Part shown: positions 22,603 to 38,439 of the stretch, piece by piece
Position numbering within the stretch: position 1 is the stretch's first letter
Layout of the letters: each line of letters starts with the position of its first letter
Assembly: GCA_051294375.1 (NCBI GenBank)
Contig: CM119268.1
Location: 14,341,420-14,405,419, forward strand
DNA length: 64,000 bases
From: Paraspadella gotoi
Lineage: Eukaryota; Animalia; Chaetognatha
Reading direction: 5' to 3'
Notes under the pieces: model-generated
What the model saw: the letters and a program-made list of their open reading frames with translations, nothing else
Told to the model about the DNA's origin: nothing
Databases searched by the model: none
Position numbers and translations under genes: made by a program

Positions 22603-25118
22603 TCTTCTTTCCTCGCAATGTGTCAAATAAGCCCTGATTGACTACTTTTTGGTTGGAAGTTGGTAAAAAAATCAACCCATTTAGACCGCTAAACCAATTA
22701 ACTTATTTTGATACAAAATTAAATTACGTATGAAAATATGATTTTTATTTTATACTTTGAAAAATATGCTCAATAGTCAGTGTTCGCCCTATATTCTCTT
22801 CTTTCACCGTGAAAACTTAAGCGCAAATATTATGTGTGCATTCTGTTGTCGCTATTCGGTGAACATTTAAGCTCAAGATTTGGTATGGTANNNNNNNNNN
22901 NNNNNNNNNNNNNNNNNNNNNNNNNNNNNNNNNNNNNNNNNNNNNNNNNNNNNNNNNNNNNNNNNNNNNNNNNNNNNNNNNNNNNNNNNNNNNNNNNNNN
23001 NNNNNNNNNNNNNNNNNNNNNNNNNNNNNNNNNNNNNNNNNNNNNNNNNNNNNNNNNNNNNNNNNNNNNNNNNNNNNNNNNNNNNAGAGAGAGAGAGATT
23101 CTCGCGATCTCGAGGATAAATGGAATCGCGTTGAGGAGATGTGCCATGAATTTTATTTCCTTTCCTTTTCATTTGTCAAAGATGAAATTGTGATTTCGCC
23201 AGACTCTCTCTTTTCTTTCTCTCTCTCACGGGGACTATATCTCCCCAGCAGCCGGGCTAGAGGGAGAGGGAGAGAGAGAGAGAAAAAGAGAAAAAGAGAA
23301 AAAGAGAGAGAGAGAGAGAGAGAGAGNNNNNNNNNNNNNNNNNNNNNNNNNNNNNNNNNNNNNNNNNNNNNNNNNNNNNNNNNNNNNNNNNNNNNNNNNN
23401 NNNNNNNNNNNNNNNNNNNNNNNNNNNNNNNNNNNNNNNNNNNNNNNNNNNNNNNNNNNNNNNNNNNNNNNNNNNNNNNNNNNNNNNNNNNNAGAGAGAG
23501 CGATATTTCCGACTGCTTTCAACTCTAATCCCCTTTGACTGCGAAATGTTCCCCGACTCTTGGCCATCGCATTGAAGATGATCTCTCAGAGGAAGATGAC
23601 TTCTAACTTCCGGTTCCAATTCAATTTTTAAAAATTTTAAGAATTCCATTCAGTGCGAGGCGGCCGCTTGATAAGCTTCAAATTAAAAAATATGACGATT
23701 GTGTTGTATTTTAAATTTAAATTTTATTTATATATATTACTCATTTTTAGTTTTATGAAAATAAATTACTAATTTTACTTCTAAATGGTCTTAATGAATG
23801 AAATTGCTACAAACCAAAAAAAAATGCACTGGCTAAGTTAAGGTTTTCACGATAATATAATATCATATAATAACATAATATAATATAATATGGCAATACC
23901 ATGTACGAATAAAATTACAAGTTTACGTATCAGTTTCTTTACGTTGAAAATTTGACATAAATTTTTGTGTTTTAAATATTCTTATTTAAATTTAAAAAAA
24001 AATTGAACTCGCCACCGACCCGCCCTCTCTTGGTTTGTGATAAACGTTGACGCCTTCAGTTCCTGGATACAGATGTCAGGTAAACAGGCCCCCTCGAGGG
24101 AGCGACCTGTCTTCTCATGGCCCCGGAACAAGCATACGAGTTAATATGCTTTGCTACGCGAGTTTTGTGTGGATTCGAATCTAAATCGCGTATCAACGCG
24201 AGAACTTCCTTTGAGACTTTCAAAACATAGAGAGAAAGAGAGAGAGAGAGATAGAGAGAGAAAGAGAGAGAGAGAGAGCGAGCGCCACACCCTCTCTATC
24301 AAACTCGTGAAGACGGAAGTGCCATTTCGTTGGAATTTCTTCCACACCGACGCACATTCAGCGACGACGACGAGAGACCGACTTTTCGCGGATCAGAGTC
24401 GAGATAACCCACCTTCATTTCCCCCCGCGACCCACCTAAACATACCTAAACCCACCTAAACCTACTTTCCCCACGACCCACCTAAACCTACTTTCCCCAC
24501 AAACCCCGCATTCACTTGGATGATAATCGGAAATTATGGCCTCTCTACCCGCGATCCTTCGCGACCCCGTCCGCCATCGGCTTCTCTCGGTGGTTGTTGA
24601 AAAAAAAAATCGTTATCTACCCAACGTTCTAATTCTTTTCCTTATTTTCCTCTCCCTTCATTTCCCTTATTCTCTAATCCTTTCCTTTCTTTTTTTGTTT
24701 TCTGTATTGTTTAGTTATAATGGTAATTAAAATAAATAATCTGAAAAGTATCGGTGACGTGTTTGTCCTTGCGATTTTTCAAAAGTCATTATCTCTCATC
24801 GGCGAATTTTATATTTGGAAAAAAACTTCGTATTCAAGTTTTCAATAGTTGAAAATGTTGAGACTTGATGGTTAGCCTTTGCCAGATGCATGTACAATAT
24901 CTTCGCTTTAATACGCATTTATTAAACCAAAAAGAGGCCATAAAATAACCATTTAAATAAGATTAGGGTGGAGGAAAGTGAAAATGCAATCCGGACTATG
25001 GACGAAGAAAAAAAAAAGCGAGAGGAAAGATTCAGAGGAAATTGTCTATGTAAGTCAAAAATGTTGAAAGGAATTTAATGGAGCGAAACGGAGAGAAAAA
25101 GAAAAAAGGAGAGAAAGG

Positions 25119-25201
<83 letters not shown>

Positions 25202-26515
25202 AGGAAAATAGTGTTAAAAGCTATAAAAGGATACAGTTCCTTCCATTTTCGACTCGTCTTTGACAATAAACTCCCGAAACGTATCGAATTTCCAAGTCTC
25301 ATGAAATCACACGCCAAAAGAAAACACTGGGAGGCGGCAGGATGAAGAAAACAAGAGGAGGAGGTGATAATGAGGAAAGGTAAGAAAGAACGATGAGAAG
25401 AGAAGAATATTCAATGCGGTGAAATAACCTCAATCCCAAAGAAGCCAACGGTGATAAACTTAGACACCCACCGTCGTTAAAGATTTTTAATCAAACGCAG
25501 ATGAGAAAAGAGAAGAGAAGAGGAAAAAAAAAGTAATGAGAGAAGAGGAAAGATCAAAACGAAAAAAAGAAAATGGCGGAGAATAACATCGAAATAGCCG
25601 CACAAAGGGGGCCCCCTTGGGACAGGAGCAGGAACAAGAAAAGCTCCAGCTTTCCAAATTTTAGGTCTGTCACAGGAAATGAGGCTTGGACGAGGTGACG
25701 CGTTTGCAAGAATCCTTCTAAGGGATTTTGTTTAACTTTTATTCTATTTATTTTATTAGTTTATTTTTTAAAGAGAATTTGAGTAAGATAGACCGAGAGA
25801 TAGACAAATAAATCAACAAATAGAAAAAAAACTGAGAATTTGATATGAAAACGAAAAAAAAATCTAAGTGACGAAAAAGACATCGAAAACGTTGTTGACG
25901 CCAGGTGGAGAAATGTGAGGCTTAAGAAAACCGGCGCCGAGAGAGAGAGAGAGAGACGGGGGTCTTATGGAATATGATGAGGGCCTCTATGGTGGCGACA
26001 GAGCCATGGTGCAAATCCATCACAACCGATTCCCCGGAGATGGAAGAGAGAGAGAAATGAGAAGGAGGAGGAGGAGGAAGAGGAAGAGGAGGAGGAGACA
26101 GAGGAGAAAAGGTGAGGACGCAGAAAAACATGGCGACGAAGAGAAGTCGTCGTTTATGGAGAAAATTGAAGCTTTGAAAATGAATAATGACGAGTGGCTG
26201 TAGAAAAAAAAAAAGAAGGGAAAATAAAGGAAGAGGTTCGTACATAGAAATGGATTTGAAGTGGAAATAATATGATAGGAAAGAATAAAAAGGGGAAATC
26301 TTAGGAAAGGGAAAGGTCAGCAAAGAAGGGGAAAATAAAAGACGCATCTCGACCAAAAGTCGGAGAAAGATAGAGGATTGTACGGGGAGAAGGAAAGGAG
26401 GATGGCGGAGAGGGGAAGTGAAAGGGGAAAAAGAAAAAGGACGAAAAGAGAGCTATTGGGGATCGCGGGAAAAAATAAAAAAAGAAAATGGTCAAATGCC
26501 GGAGAGAGAGAGTGA

Positions 26516-26609
<94 letters not shown>
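26516..26609. repeat. (GAAA)n microsatellite (others at ~21495-21652 and ~29233-29309)
   Basis: Direct reading. Confidence 0.95.
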
Positions 26610-26610
<1 letters not shown>

Positions 26611-26952
26611 TGAAAAGACAGGAGCTCGAAAGACGGGAACGAGGAACAGATAGACGGACGAACAGATTGATGAAAAAAGTCGGACAGAAACGTGAGATTG
26701 AATGAAAGGAAAAAGCGACGCCAGATGAAGGAAGACAAAAATGGCGAATTTACGACCAGGCTCGAAAAAAAAAAACGAGAGAAAAAAATGGAAACAGGAA
26801 GGAAAAAAAAGAAAAGTAAACATATGGAAAAGAAGAAAATGTCTTTGGAAAAATAAAGAGAACGATAAAAAAAGGAAGGAAGATTAAAGGGAGAAAAAAA
26901 GGAAAGGAAATATGATGGACAGAGGAGAGAGAGTAAGATAGAGAGTGAGAGA

Positions 26953-27011
<59 letters not shown>

Positions 27012-27149
27012 TGAAGAAAACAATCTTTTAGCTTACCAGCAACAGAAACCATTTGTCATAAGTTGCGTCGTGAAAAAGAAAGAAAACCAAGGGAAAAAGG
27101 GAAACAAAATGGAGAGAGAGAGAAGAGAGAGAGAGGAGAGAGAGAGGAG

Positions 27150-27180
<31 letters not shown>

Positions 27181-27559
27181 TAGAGAGAGAGGTGGAGAAA
27201 ACTTGGAATGGTCGTGCTAAAAGATGAGATTGCATGAGCAGCGACCATTCTGTTTTCTTTTACAAACACGAAAACTCAGGCGCGTCTTTGATTTCCAGGA
27301 CTCGTTTTTCGTCTCCTTTCTTCGCCTCCGTTCTTCCTATTTAATAATTATTTTATTTTCACATATTGGTTTGTCGTTTTTTGTTCTCTTTTGTATTTTG
27401 TTGTGTTTATTTTTCGTCACACGCTGATTGAGAGACACCGTGTGGTGAAGAGAGATAAGCGGCGATCGATATAAAAAATATTAACGAGCAAAAATTTATT
27501 CAGGTAGTAAAACGAAGCGCGAAAACAAGTATTCTTTTTTATTCTCACGATTATACAGT

Positions 27560-27608
<49 letters not shown>

Positions 27609-29231
27609 TCGCTGCTGGGGAGTTTCGATTCACAGAAAGTGTGACTCCGTGACGGAATAACATTAGTCACCACAAAAAATTTTTTAGCGTGAAATTTTTT
27701 TTTCAAGATTTTAAGTTTTATTTTGATTTTCAGGGCATTTATTCTTTCGTTTAACTTAGAAGTTAAGATTTAGTGATTCATAGTATTTTAAAAACTTTCA
27801 CGACCATAACGATTAGCTATAAAGTTAAAGCAACCTGAAAAAAATTAGCTTAAACAGCAGAAGAAGATCTTTTAGTATATATTTATCTTGCGCAATATAA
27901 CACTGTCTAAAACCGTAAAATTAACGGACTAACAGAGGAGAAAGATCAGAATCTGGGATAATAGATAAATAACGTTTTTTTTTATCCAAACCCAAACCGC
28001 TTTCCCGACGGTTGAGGGGACAAAATAATGTTTTGATAATTTGACTTGATTCGATTTTAATGACTTTCACTTTGTCGGAGATCGAGGCCGCTACGAATCC
28101 GCTCCCCCCCTCTTTCTCCTTCCCCTCCGCCTCGAGCTCTCCGTCGAAACCAAACCATCCTTCGCAATCCCGTCCACCCAACCCATCCGGCCCAGCCTCA
28201 TCCCGAGCCACTCAAAAAAAGTCGAGAAAAAATAAGCAAAACCAAAAAAAAAAATTAATAATGCGTATTGGTAATTAGTCATTAGTCAATCGAAGGGCTA
28301 CTTTTTAGCGGCATAAGCCTTTATCGAGATGCGATACAGATGCATTACTTTTAAATCAACATTTTACAGCTCGTCGACCCCATTCCTAACTCTTTCCCGG
28401 TTTTTTAGTATTCATTGTTTCGTTTCTAATTTATCGCCGATTGGGATTTTTCGAGGCGGACGACGCGTTTCGAACAAAAGATCATCCGAGAATATTTTAT
28501 TTGCGGGAGACCGAAGGCCATTACGCGTCATTATCGGGTGGGAGGATGTGTTTGACTGGTGAAGTGAGTGGTGAACGACGTGGGTATTTGAAAAAAAGGT
28601 TTAGCGAACATAGTCAAGTGTCTAAAAGACAATGTCGAGACATTAAATTTACGAATTTTATCCAAAATTTGTATGAGCGTCCGTTTCTGCGGTTCCATCG
28701 TCGTGGGTGGATCAGAAGGGACGACCCCCCCCCCCAAAAAAAAAGGCGATTAGCGTCTCTGGAGAGAAAGAATTTGATTCGAGGATCGAGTATAAGAAAA
28801 GAAAAGGGGAGAGGCGGTGGTGGCCGCCGGGTGTGGGGGTCGGGGTTGGCGGCCGGGGGGTGGCGGCCGGGGGTGGCGGCCGGTGGTGGCGCGGCGAGAT
28901 TAGATTGACTAATGAGCATCAATTGGTTTGAGGGTTTGAATTTGGGGGACGGAAAAAAAAAGGGAGTCAGGGAGGGTAGGAGAGTAGAAAAATAGTGGTT
29001 TAGGGGAAATAGGAAAGGGGAAGGGTGAAATAACCGATTAGCATTCAAAGCGAAAAACAATAAGAATCGATTCTGGGCTGAAAAGGCCCGGGAATACATG
29101 GGAGGGACAGGGGTGACGAAGTTAAAAATAGAAAAACGAAAAGGGGAACATGAGATGAAAAAAAGAAAGGAAAAAGTGTAAAAAAGAAAGAAAAGAAGAA
29201 ACGAGAAGAGAATAAAAAGAAACAAAAAGAA

Positions 29232-29311
<80 letters not shown>

Positions 29312-29509
29312 GGCTGTTTAATAAGAAGGGCAAGTAATTGTAAACTCGGATCGAAAAGGAGAGTGGTCCACAGACGATGGAGAGAAAGAAAGGAGAGAAG
29401 GGAAAAGGGGATCTAAAAGGAGGGGAAGGGAAAGAAGGGAAAGGAGGGAGCGATTAATGGGATGGGTGAAGCCGAAACGAGTAATTGTAAACCAGGATCG
29501 AAAGGTTAA

Positions 29510-29591
<82 letters not shown>

Positions 29592-29592
29592 A

Positions 29593-29644
<52 letters not shown>

Positions 29645-30815
29645 GAAAGATGCAAAAAGAGAGATGAAGAGAGGAAGAGGCAAAGGATAAAAAGGCGAAT
29701 AGATATAAAAAGTCCGCGATTTATTTTTAAATCGCTCTTCGAAAAAGTAAGCGAACTCGAAGGCGTTTAATGCTTTTTTTTGGTTAATGCTTTTTTTTGG
29801 TTAATGCTTTTTTTTTATTTACGAGCGTTAGACGAGATTGAAAGAACGATAGAGAGAGAAAAAAAAAAGAAGATTGTGGCGAAAAAAAAAAATGCGCGAT
29901 GCGGAAGATTTGAATTGGCCGGTGAAGTTTAGGTTGAGCGTGAAGCGAGAGTGAAAACGCGTTTCGTACGAATCGATCAATTTTTCGCGCAGGTGACGTG
30001 GATCGCGAGCGGGGCGTAGAAGGGGGGGGGGTGAGTGGGGGTGAGACCAGATGGCGAAAGGGAGATCGGCGACCAGATGGGGAGGGTGGGGTGGTGGGCT
30101 GGCGAGAACGCGACGAGGTGTCGACCGAAGCCTTGGCCAACTCGTCCTTCACTCTCAGGCTTTCGAAGGATGAAATAAAAATAAAATATTTAAAAAAAAT
30201 AATCAAAAAATTTCAAACAGATGAAAATCTTGAGCGTAAAAACAAATTTCATAGTGAAACGTCGAGAATATTTTCTCTGTTCACAATCACATCGTTTGAG
30301 AAAGAACGAGTGAGAGAGAGAGTGGCCAAACGAGAAAGGGATCGACGAAAACGATCGACGAAAGCGACCGACGAAAGCGACCGACCAAAGCGATCACAAG
30401 TGGACGAACGTTTTGACTTGAGGCGATTTGAGCCAAAATCGTAAATCTAAAAGAAGATTTAAAAGTAAATCTAGTTGAGCGCCGGTGAGTTAAAAACCGC
30501 GGTCGAGCGCATTTACATTTCGACCCCGCCAAGCGCTCGGCAAAGGTTATTAGACTTGTCTCACGATCGCTTTTGATTTTTATACATTGTACAATGTATA
30601 GACGTTGGAGAGAACAGAGGGCTGTTGAGAGCCGAGACGATTTACAAGGCGATTCACCTTTTCATGTCGAACAAGAGAAAAACATTTTTTTTGAGCGTCC
30701 TTCGATCGTCCAGGAGTCTGGACAAGAGACGCACGTATCGAGGATCGTTGCCCTCCCGAGGATTTTATGAAGCGAAGTGGATCGTCGACGCTCGACGCTC
30801 GATCCCCAGTCGCGT

Positions 30816-30847
<32 letters not shown>

Positions 30848-31730
30848 TGCCACGGAAAAGTGGATCGAATTCCCCCGACGTCGATTTTCGCCGACGACTT
30901 TTGTTTATGCAAATGAGCCACACAAGCCTCACATGCCACACACAGACGCGATCCTCACCGCCCCCCTTTGTCCCGTGGTTCACCTACGGGGATTCACCGA
31001 GAGGGAGAAAAGCGAAGGGGAACGAGAAAAACAGCGGTTCTGGAATTTCTCGTATTTCAGTTCAAATGTTTTCCTCGTTTTTTTCGTTTTTCTTACTTTT
31101 TTTAGTGCCATTAGTGTAATTTTTCTTGCTCAATACTCATCGTTTAATCGTTTAATCTTCTTATTGTCTTAATTGTCAAATTGTCTCTTTTATTTCAGAA
31201 AAAAAAAAAAAAGTTTTCGTTTTCGTGAGGTTAATAACTCAACTCGGCGTTAGTGGCGGAGTTTGGTGAGACCTTACATCCCGTTAATTCTTAGATAAAG
31301 ATTCGCATTCGCAAAGTTGAGTGATATATACCTATAATTATGTCTTTCCAACCCGTCTTCATTTCCGCAAGTCGATAATCTATCTATAGCTCGTGTTACA
31401 GGCGTTCAATTTATCTCTCAAAAATCGCCCGTCACCCTTTCTCTGAACCCGTTAACTCCCTCACCTCTTAACCTCACTTCTTTTTCCAAACTTTCTTCCC
31501 GCTCTTCATCAGAGAAATAACATCTCTCCCTCAATCACTCACCGCCCGAATTCTTAGTCCCCGGCAGCGCTTTCATCCCCCGGCTGCACCCTTAGACCCG
31601 GGCTGCACCCTTAGCCCTTTCTCTCACACTTCCTTTCACCTTTGCCCTTTGATTTTTGTTGCCGAAATCAGAAATGACTTCTTCTTTGATTCCGTCGAGA
31701 GATAGAGCGAGGAGAAAGGTAGCTGGATTT

Positions 31731-32237
<507 letters not shown>

Positions 32238-32342
32238 TTAACATTATTACCATAGCAGAAGTTAAAAAAAAAAACCGCAAAAAAGTTGTTGCACTTTAAA
32301 TTTTCGCTTGTTTACGGATATTTTAGCTCATTTATGAATTTA

Positions 32343-32553
32343 TGGCAACGGGAGGATAGCCTGTGATACCCGGGGCGCGGGGTATCTCATCAATTGGCGT
32401 AGGGGCTTCGGACCCTCAGTGACCGCCTCCTGTCACTGGCATGTTTATACCGGCACCGTCACATTTAAGCCAGAACCGGGATACCCAGGGATTGAACCCG
32501 GGACGCACGGATGGAATGAGATGATTTAGCCTGCTCAGCCATTGAGACGAGGC
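32343..32553 (-). mobile_element. tRNA-derived SINE, copy 2
   Basis: On the minus strand: A-box TGGCTGAGCAGG and B-box GGGTTCAATCCC (32488-32499). The body aatgtgacggtgccggtataaacatgccagtgacaggaggcggtcactgagggtccgaagccc is shared with copy 1. Confidence 0.72.
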
Positions 32554-35312
32554 TGAGGACGGATAGCAGTGAGGCAGCTTTAAGTCTTGCTGCCACAAAT
32601 TTTTATTTTATTGGTCCCGTGACGACGTGACGATTTCAGTTTTAAAGTCGAAATGAAAAAAACTCACGCAACTGAGAAACAGTACAAGTTTCACCAACTT
32701 TACATCATCATAACTTTTTTTAAAATATAAGAGTTCAAAAAACCTGTGTGTGATCCGCGACACAAAAATTTCAAACCCGGAAAAAAATTCGAGCGATTTC
32801 CTGGTTTCCGATGGATTTTTTAAAGAATTGTGACGTTTTGACGTTTTGACGTTTTGACGAGGATTCGATGACGCTTCGATTGACGCCGTCGAGGCCTCCG
32901 ACGACGACGTCGACGACGACGACGACGACGAAGACGACGACGAAGACGACCTCGTCGACGTCCGCTTGGATTGAGTCACTTCGACGTTCGTAAAAATTTC
33001 GCCGGGTTTTTCCCTGTCGTCGTCTTCATCGTCGTCGTCCTCATCGTCGTCGTCCTCATCGTCGTCGTTCCTTCTTCTTTTCTTTTCTCGTTCTGTTTGG
33101 GTCTGAAATAAATAAAGAGAGAGAAAGAAGGAAATGTTATTAACGCTTAAAATCCTTCATAACCGTAAAAACGTCAGTGGAGCGAGCATGTCGGTCGACG
33201 GGACGGGCAGACCGAGGTTGGGGGTCGTACACGAGGAAAGTTTTGGAGGGGGTGGAAGAGGAATGGAAGAGAAAGTTGGGGGTTGGGAGTGGAAAGTTGA
33301 AATTTGGGGGGGAAAAAAAGCAAGTTAGGATTTTATGGAGATGAAATAAAGCAGGAACGAGTAAACAAACAAACAAAGCAGGAATGGATGAAGAGGTAAA
33401 TGAAAGCAGTCAAGAGAAAATCGAGAAGATCAGAAGAAAAAAAAAATTTGAAAAAGATTTGAGACCAAAATTTGAGACAAAGGTTCCGCCCGCTTGGTCC
33501 ACTTGTTTTTCTCCGCACAACGAGACTCGAACCTTTTTTTGGTGATGGAAGTAGACGTAAATACTATTAAATAATATGAATAATAATATAATATAACCAT
33601 TATATCTTTACATATTCGTGTTTTTAGCTACTTCTGCTAATTTTATTATCGTTAAATGGATTTATGTTGATTAATCTTTGCTAAATGAAAGATTTAATAA
33701 TGATTATTCATCGGTGAGCATAAAGAGTGAAAAATTAATATAAATATTGATTGCCATGAAGAAGGAAAGGTCAATTTGGTAACGCTGGATGCAATTCTAG
33801 CGGTTTATATCTCATCTACTTGGGAGTTCTCAGATTCCCGGAATGCTTACTATTAATGCTTACAAGGAAATGTGAAAAATCAGGCGGTTGAACTCCCGAC
33901 GTTCAATGCTAAGTTGCCATTAGGAGAAGTTGTATTGTGGTTTAAAAAAAAAATCATAAAAAAAAATGTCCAACCAGTCTAAGGACGGGGCGCTGTTCCC
34001 ACCCCACCAACCAATGAACTTCGCGGGCTGACGGCACACTCTCAAAGGAAACCGCACTCGAACCCGGCAGAGTCGTCCGTGACTTCACAAGTATGAACAT
34101 GCTAACTGACACGCTTAGAACTAACAACGCTATGTCTCTTTTATTTACATATGACACCAATAGAAGGGAGCATACGGCAATCTGTGAAGATCGCGTCGTA
34201 AATAACACAGATGACGACAACATTGACATGATTAACTGACTAGAATAGTCGCGATCAACCTGGTGGTATTAGTTGACCACGACGGCTGGCGGACCCGACC
34301 GACCCCGCAGATGGTACTCGTGGTCCCAATGCGGTTTCCCTAGTGATGTTATACAGGGAGCCCACGAAGCATTGAACCGGTCCTCATCCTGGAAAGAATC
34401 TCCCATGATGGCGGGACTACAGAGGGATGCCATCCCCTCCGACGAGAAATCACTTTTAAAATAGGGAGGTCAATTTCGGTGGAGCGTTCATTTGTTCGAA
34501 AATACGGACGACAAATTGAACTTACGAAACAAACAAAAAATAATGATGTTGGGATTAAAGTGCCGAAATCCATGAAGGTTATAGGTTCCCAATTGATCAC
34601 ATTTCTAGTTTTCTTAAATATATATGGATAAAAATAAACTTATAAAAACATTAAAAAACGAAAAAAAAAATTAAAATTACTTTCGAAATATAAAGGTGCC
34701 CCTATAAAACTTTCCCCAGTATGTATCCCTATCAGAACCTACGATCCTTATGATAAAAATAATCATACCGTGAGGGCATACAATATTACCATAATCCCCC
34801 CAAAAATGATCGATTCCCCCCCTTTTTGTTCGGCCTTGTAGATATTACGAGTTTCTCATTAATGATTTTCAAACAGGAATGATGTACGATATCTATTAGA
34901 AAACTGGAACAGAAAGTAATCTAACCATGTGTTGTGTAGATACACCCTCTATTTCCAGAAGACAACACGTCCACATCCTAAATACATAAATAGTATTATA
35001 TTTAAATATTTAACCCAAAAATATTTTTAACAAATAATAAATAATAGTCTTATTTAAACCTGAAAAAAAAAATAAAGATAGTGAAACAAGTAATTTTGAA
35101 ACTTCCATATAAATGTTTTTTTTTTTTTTAAACAGGGAGTAAATTTGGTTGCAGTTTAGTTGCGAAAAAGGAAGTTTTGGTTAAAAAAAAAACTGAGAAT
35201 CGACCGAGAGAATGAGATGTCGATTGTCGATGCCCATTGAAAGTCTGGCGAAAATATATTTTTTTTTTATGATTGGGGTTATTCGGTGAACGGCGATATC
35301 GCAGAGCATCTC

Positions 35313-35367
<55 letters not shown>

Positions 35368-35914
35368 ATAAAAAATTATAACTCTATGATAAGGATTAAC
35401 AACAATAAAGCCATGTATATACGGTAAATGTATTTTATCATCGATTATCCATCGGCTGAAACATTATTATTTTTTTTTTCATCTCGCTCTGTCTTACGTT
35501 TCTGTATTTTTTTTTTATCCCTTACTCAGGGAAGGTGATTGGAGGAAACGGAATCGAGCCTTCTCATTGGTCAAAAATGAGGTCACGTGATCGAGACGCA
35601 ACTTTTTACGATTTTCTTTCATGCGTTGCAGCAAAAGCTCGTCTCCGCCGTTAATCCTATTTTTTCTCCTTTTCTTTTCTCTCTCTTTTTTTTCTCTTAT
35701 TTTATTTTCTTTCTTTTTTTTGTTTCTTGAAATATTTTGCGTTTTTTTGTTTGTTTCCGGGGGACACATTCGCAATGAAAAACACAGCATTTTATCAAAT
35801 TAACAAAAGTGATTAAACGGAAGTCGATTAAAGAGTTTAAAAAGAGAGATAAAGAAATACTCCCTGTGCCCCCTCTGCTCCATCTCTCGCTTTTTTCTAT
35901 ATATATATCTCTTT

Positions 35915-35985
<71 letters not shown>

Positions 35986-36483
35986 CTCTCTCTCTCCTCT
36001 CGTCCTGTTACTTTTAACGAGTCTTTGTTTCACTGATTTGGAAGAGGGGCATTCCGGCCATAAAAGTTCCGTCCCTGATTTTCCGGCGACGCCGATGCCG
36101 TCCTTTTCGGCGCCGCAACTTCACTTCACCGGCGCCGCAAGTTCACGTTAAGATTTCTCCAATCACCTCTTCCGCCAAAAAGGGGAACTGTCACCCACCC
36201 AACTTCCCCCTCCACTCGCTCCCAACCACTCCCCCCAGCACCCCGCCGTCTCTGAGCCACACCCACGGCTTCTTAACGCCCCTTCAAGGTTGTCTCGAGA
36301 CGTTTATCGTAAAAAATCCTCGGCTTAGTAGGTGAGAGGCGAGAGAGAGAGAGAGATAAGGGAGAAGCCGAAAGCGTGAAAGAACAGTGAAAGGGTTGAG
36401 ATAGAGAAACGTTGACTACGTATAAAGTCTATTCTAAAAGATAGATACGCTCTCTCTTCTCTCTCTCTCTCTCTCTCTCCTCT

Positions 36484-36534
<51 letters not shown>

Positions 36535-37048
36535 CTACCATGAATGATTCATCTCCACCCCCTCGATTCGATCAACTGTTTCCCGAAACAATCTCAGTTG
36601 CGATTCACCGCGTTCGTCCCGCCTGTGAGACTTCACCACCACAATCCACCACAACGATTTACCCACGCGCCACAGTAACGATGTGAAAAGAGTATTGAGC
36701 GGATAGCAATGACTTCAACCGTCAATTCGGCGGAAAACGTAGATGAAAGTCGCATTAAAACCCTCGCCACCCTTTTTTTGCCAGGACCCTTCCACCCAGC
36801 CTTGGCACCGCCACCCGTCCCAGCCCCATGGTCGCCTCCCTTCTCCCGACACCACCCGCCACCAAATGCGAGGTTGATGGAAACAAATGGTTCGAGCGCG
36901 GCTGGTGGGCGCCGCGCGTAACAGGTGCGGCGGTCGCGACAGTGACGTCTCGATCCCGGTTCGCGGCCTAAAAAGTGAAAAGCGGAGAGAGAAAAAAAAG
37001 AAGGAAAAACACGAAGGGGAAGAAATGGGGGGGGGGAATGGGAAAAAC

Positions 37049-37157
37049 ACAGAGAGACAGAGAGACAGAGAGACAGAGAGACAGAGAGACAGAAGGACAG
37101 AAGGACAGAAGGACAGAAGGACAGAAAGACAGAAGGACAGAAGGACAGAAGGGCAGA
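37049..37157. repeat. 8-bp tandem repeats (ACAGAGAG)n then (ACAGAAGG)n
   Basis: Direct reading. Confidence 0.9.
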
Positions 37158-37162
37158 GAGAA

Positions 37163-37203
<41 letters not shown>

Positions 37204-37300
37204 AATTCTTATTCCTTCTTTTTTTTCTTCGTCGTTTAGCCTGAGATGTTTTCGGGAGAAGGGAAAGAGAGGAAAACCCAGGTGTTTATTGTCGTGGTGG

Positions 37301-37398
<98 letters not shown>

Positions 37399-38408
37399 AT
37401 ATGAACAGGGAAAGTGGGAAAGAGTGAGACATGCTCGCGCAATATGTAATGCATTACAGATGCAACAAACATAGGATGACGAAGACTCTAACGACGACGA
37501 CGAGAATGACAATGACGACGACGACGAAAACTGCCGAAGGAAATCGCAGTTTCGGGTGAACTCTGCGGCCGAAGCCAAATTTTTTGGGCGAAAGACGAAA
37601 GAAAAGGTTTTTTTTTTTTTGTTCGATAAAAGGTGATAATGAGGGAACGAGAGAGGAGAAGAAAAAGAGAGGGGAGAGAAGAAAGAGAGGGGATGAGTAG
37701 AGAGGAGAGAGGAAAATAGAAAGAGAAGAGAAGAAAAATAACGAAAGAAGCGAGTGATTGAAAAGAGGGAAAAAGAGAGAAAATGAAAGGAGAGATAGAG
37801 AATAAAAAAAGTAAAAAAAATCCAGAAAAAAATAAAAAAAACCGAAAATTATTAATAAATAAACATCAAACAATCGGTGTCAAAATATATTTAACAAAAT
37901 AAATAAAAACAGAGCAAAACATTAAGTGGATGTATCGAGAGTTTGAATTGTTGAAACCAGAAAAGGGCAGAGAAGCCGGCCAGCCTTTTCTCGGATGACG
38001 ACGATGATGCAACCGACAAAAATGTAGGTTTTTTTCCCAGGGATTAGCCTTTTCTTGAAAAAAAAAAATACTTTCTCTATTTTGAGGGGGGTCATGCTTT
38101 TAGAGACGATATTCGTTAGTATGTGTAGAGAAAGGAATAGTTTTCGTGAGTGAATAAATTATTTATATCATATTTTTAATTTTTAAATTCGTTTTACGAA
38201 TATTTTTGTACTCTTTTTATATTTTTTAGGTCGTAATATATTTTCCCCTTTACCGTAGAATCGTTCAATGTTAATGTTAATGTTAATGTAAATCGTTTAA
38301 AAGTCGTCGCATGTTAATGACGGATAATTTGTTCGTTTTTTTTTGCAATCGTCAATCAATGTAAGGATTTTTTCCCCTCTAATCATCTAATATTTCATGA
38401 TCAGAGTC

Positions 38409-38439
<31 letters not shown>

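Noticed and set aside
30341-30394. Short 13-mer tandem (gaccgacgaaagc-like); similar small tandems at 16581-16618, 31579-31617, 58575-58604 and 61670-61735
   Set aside because: Ordinary slippage minisatellites with no associated structure.
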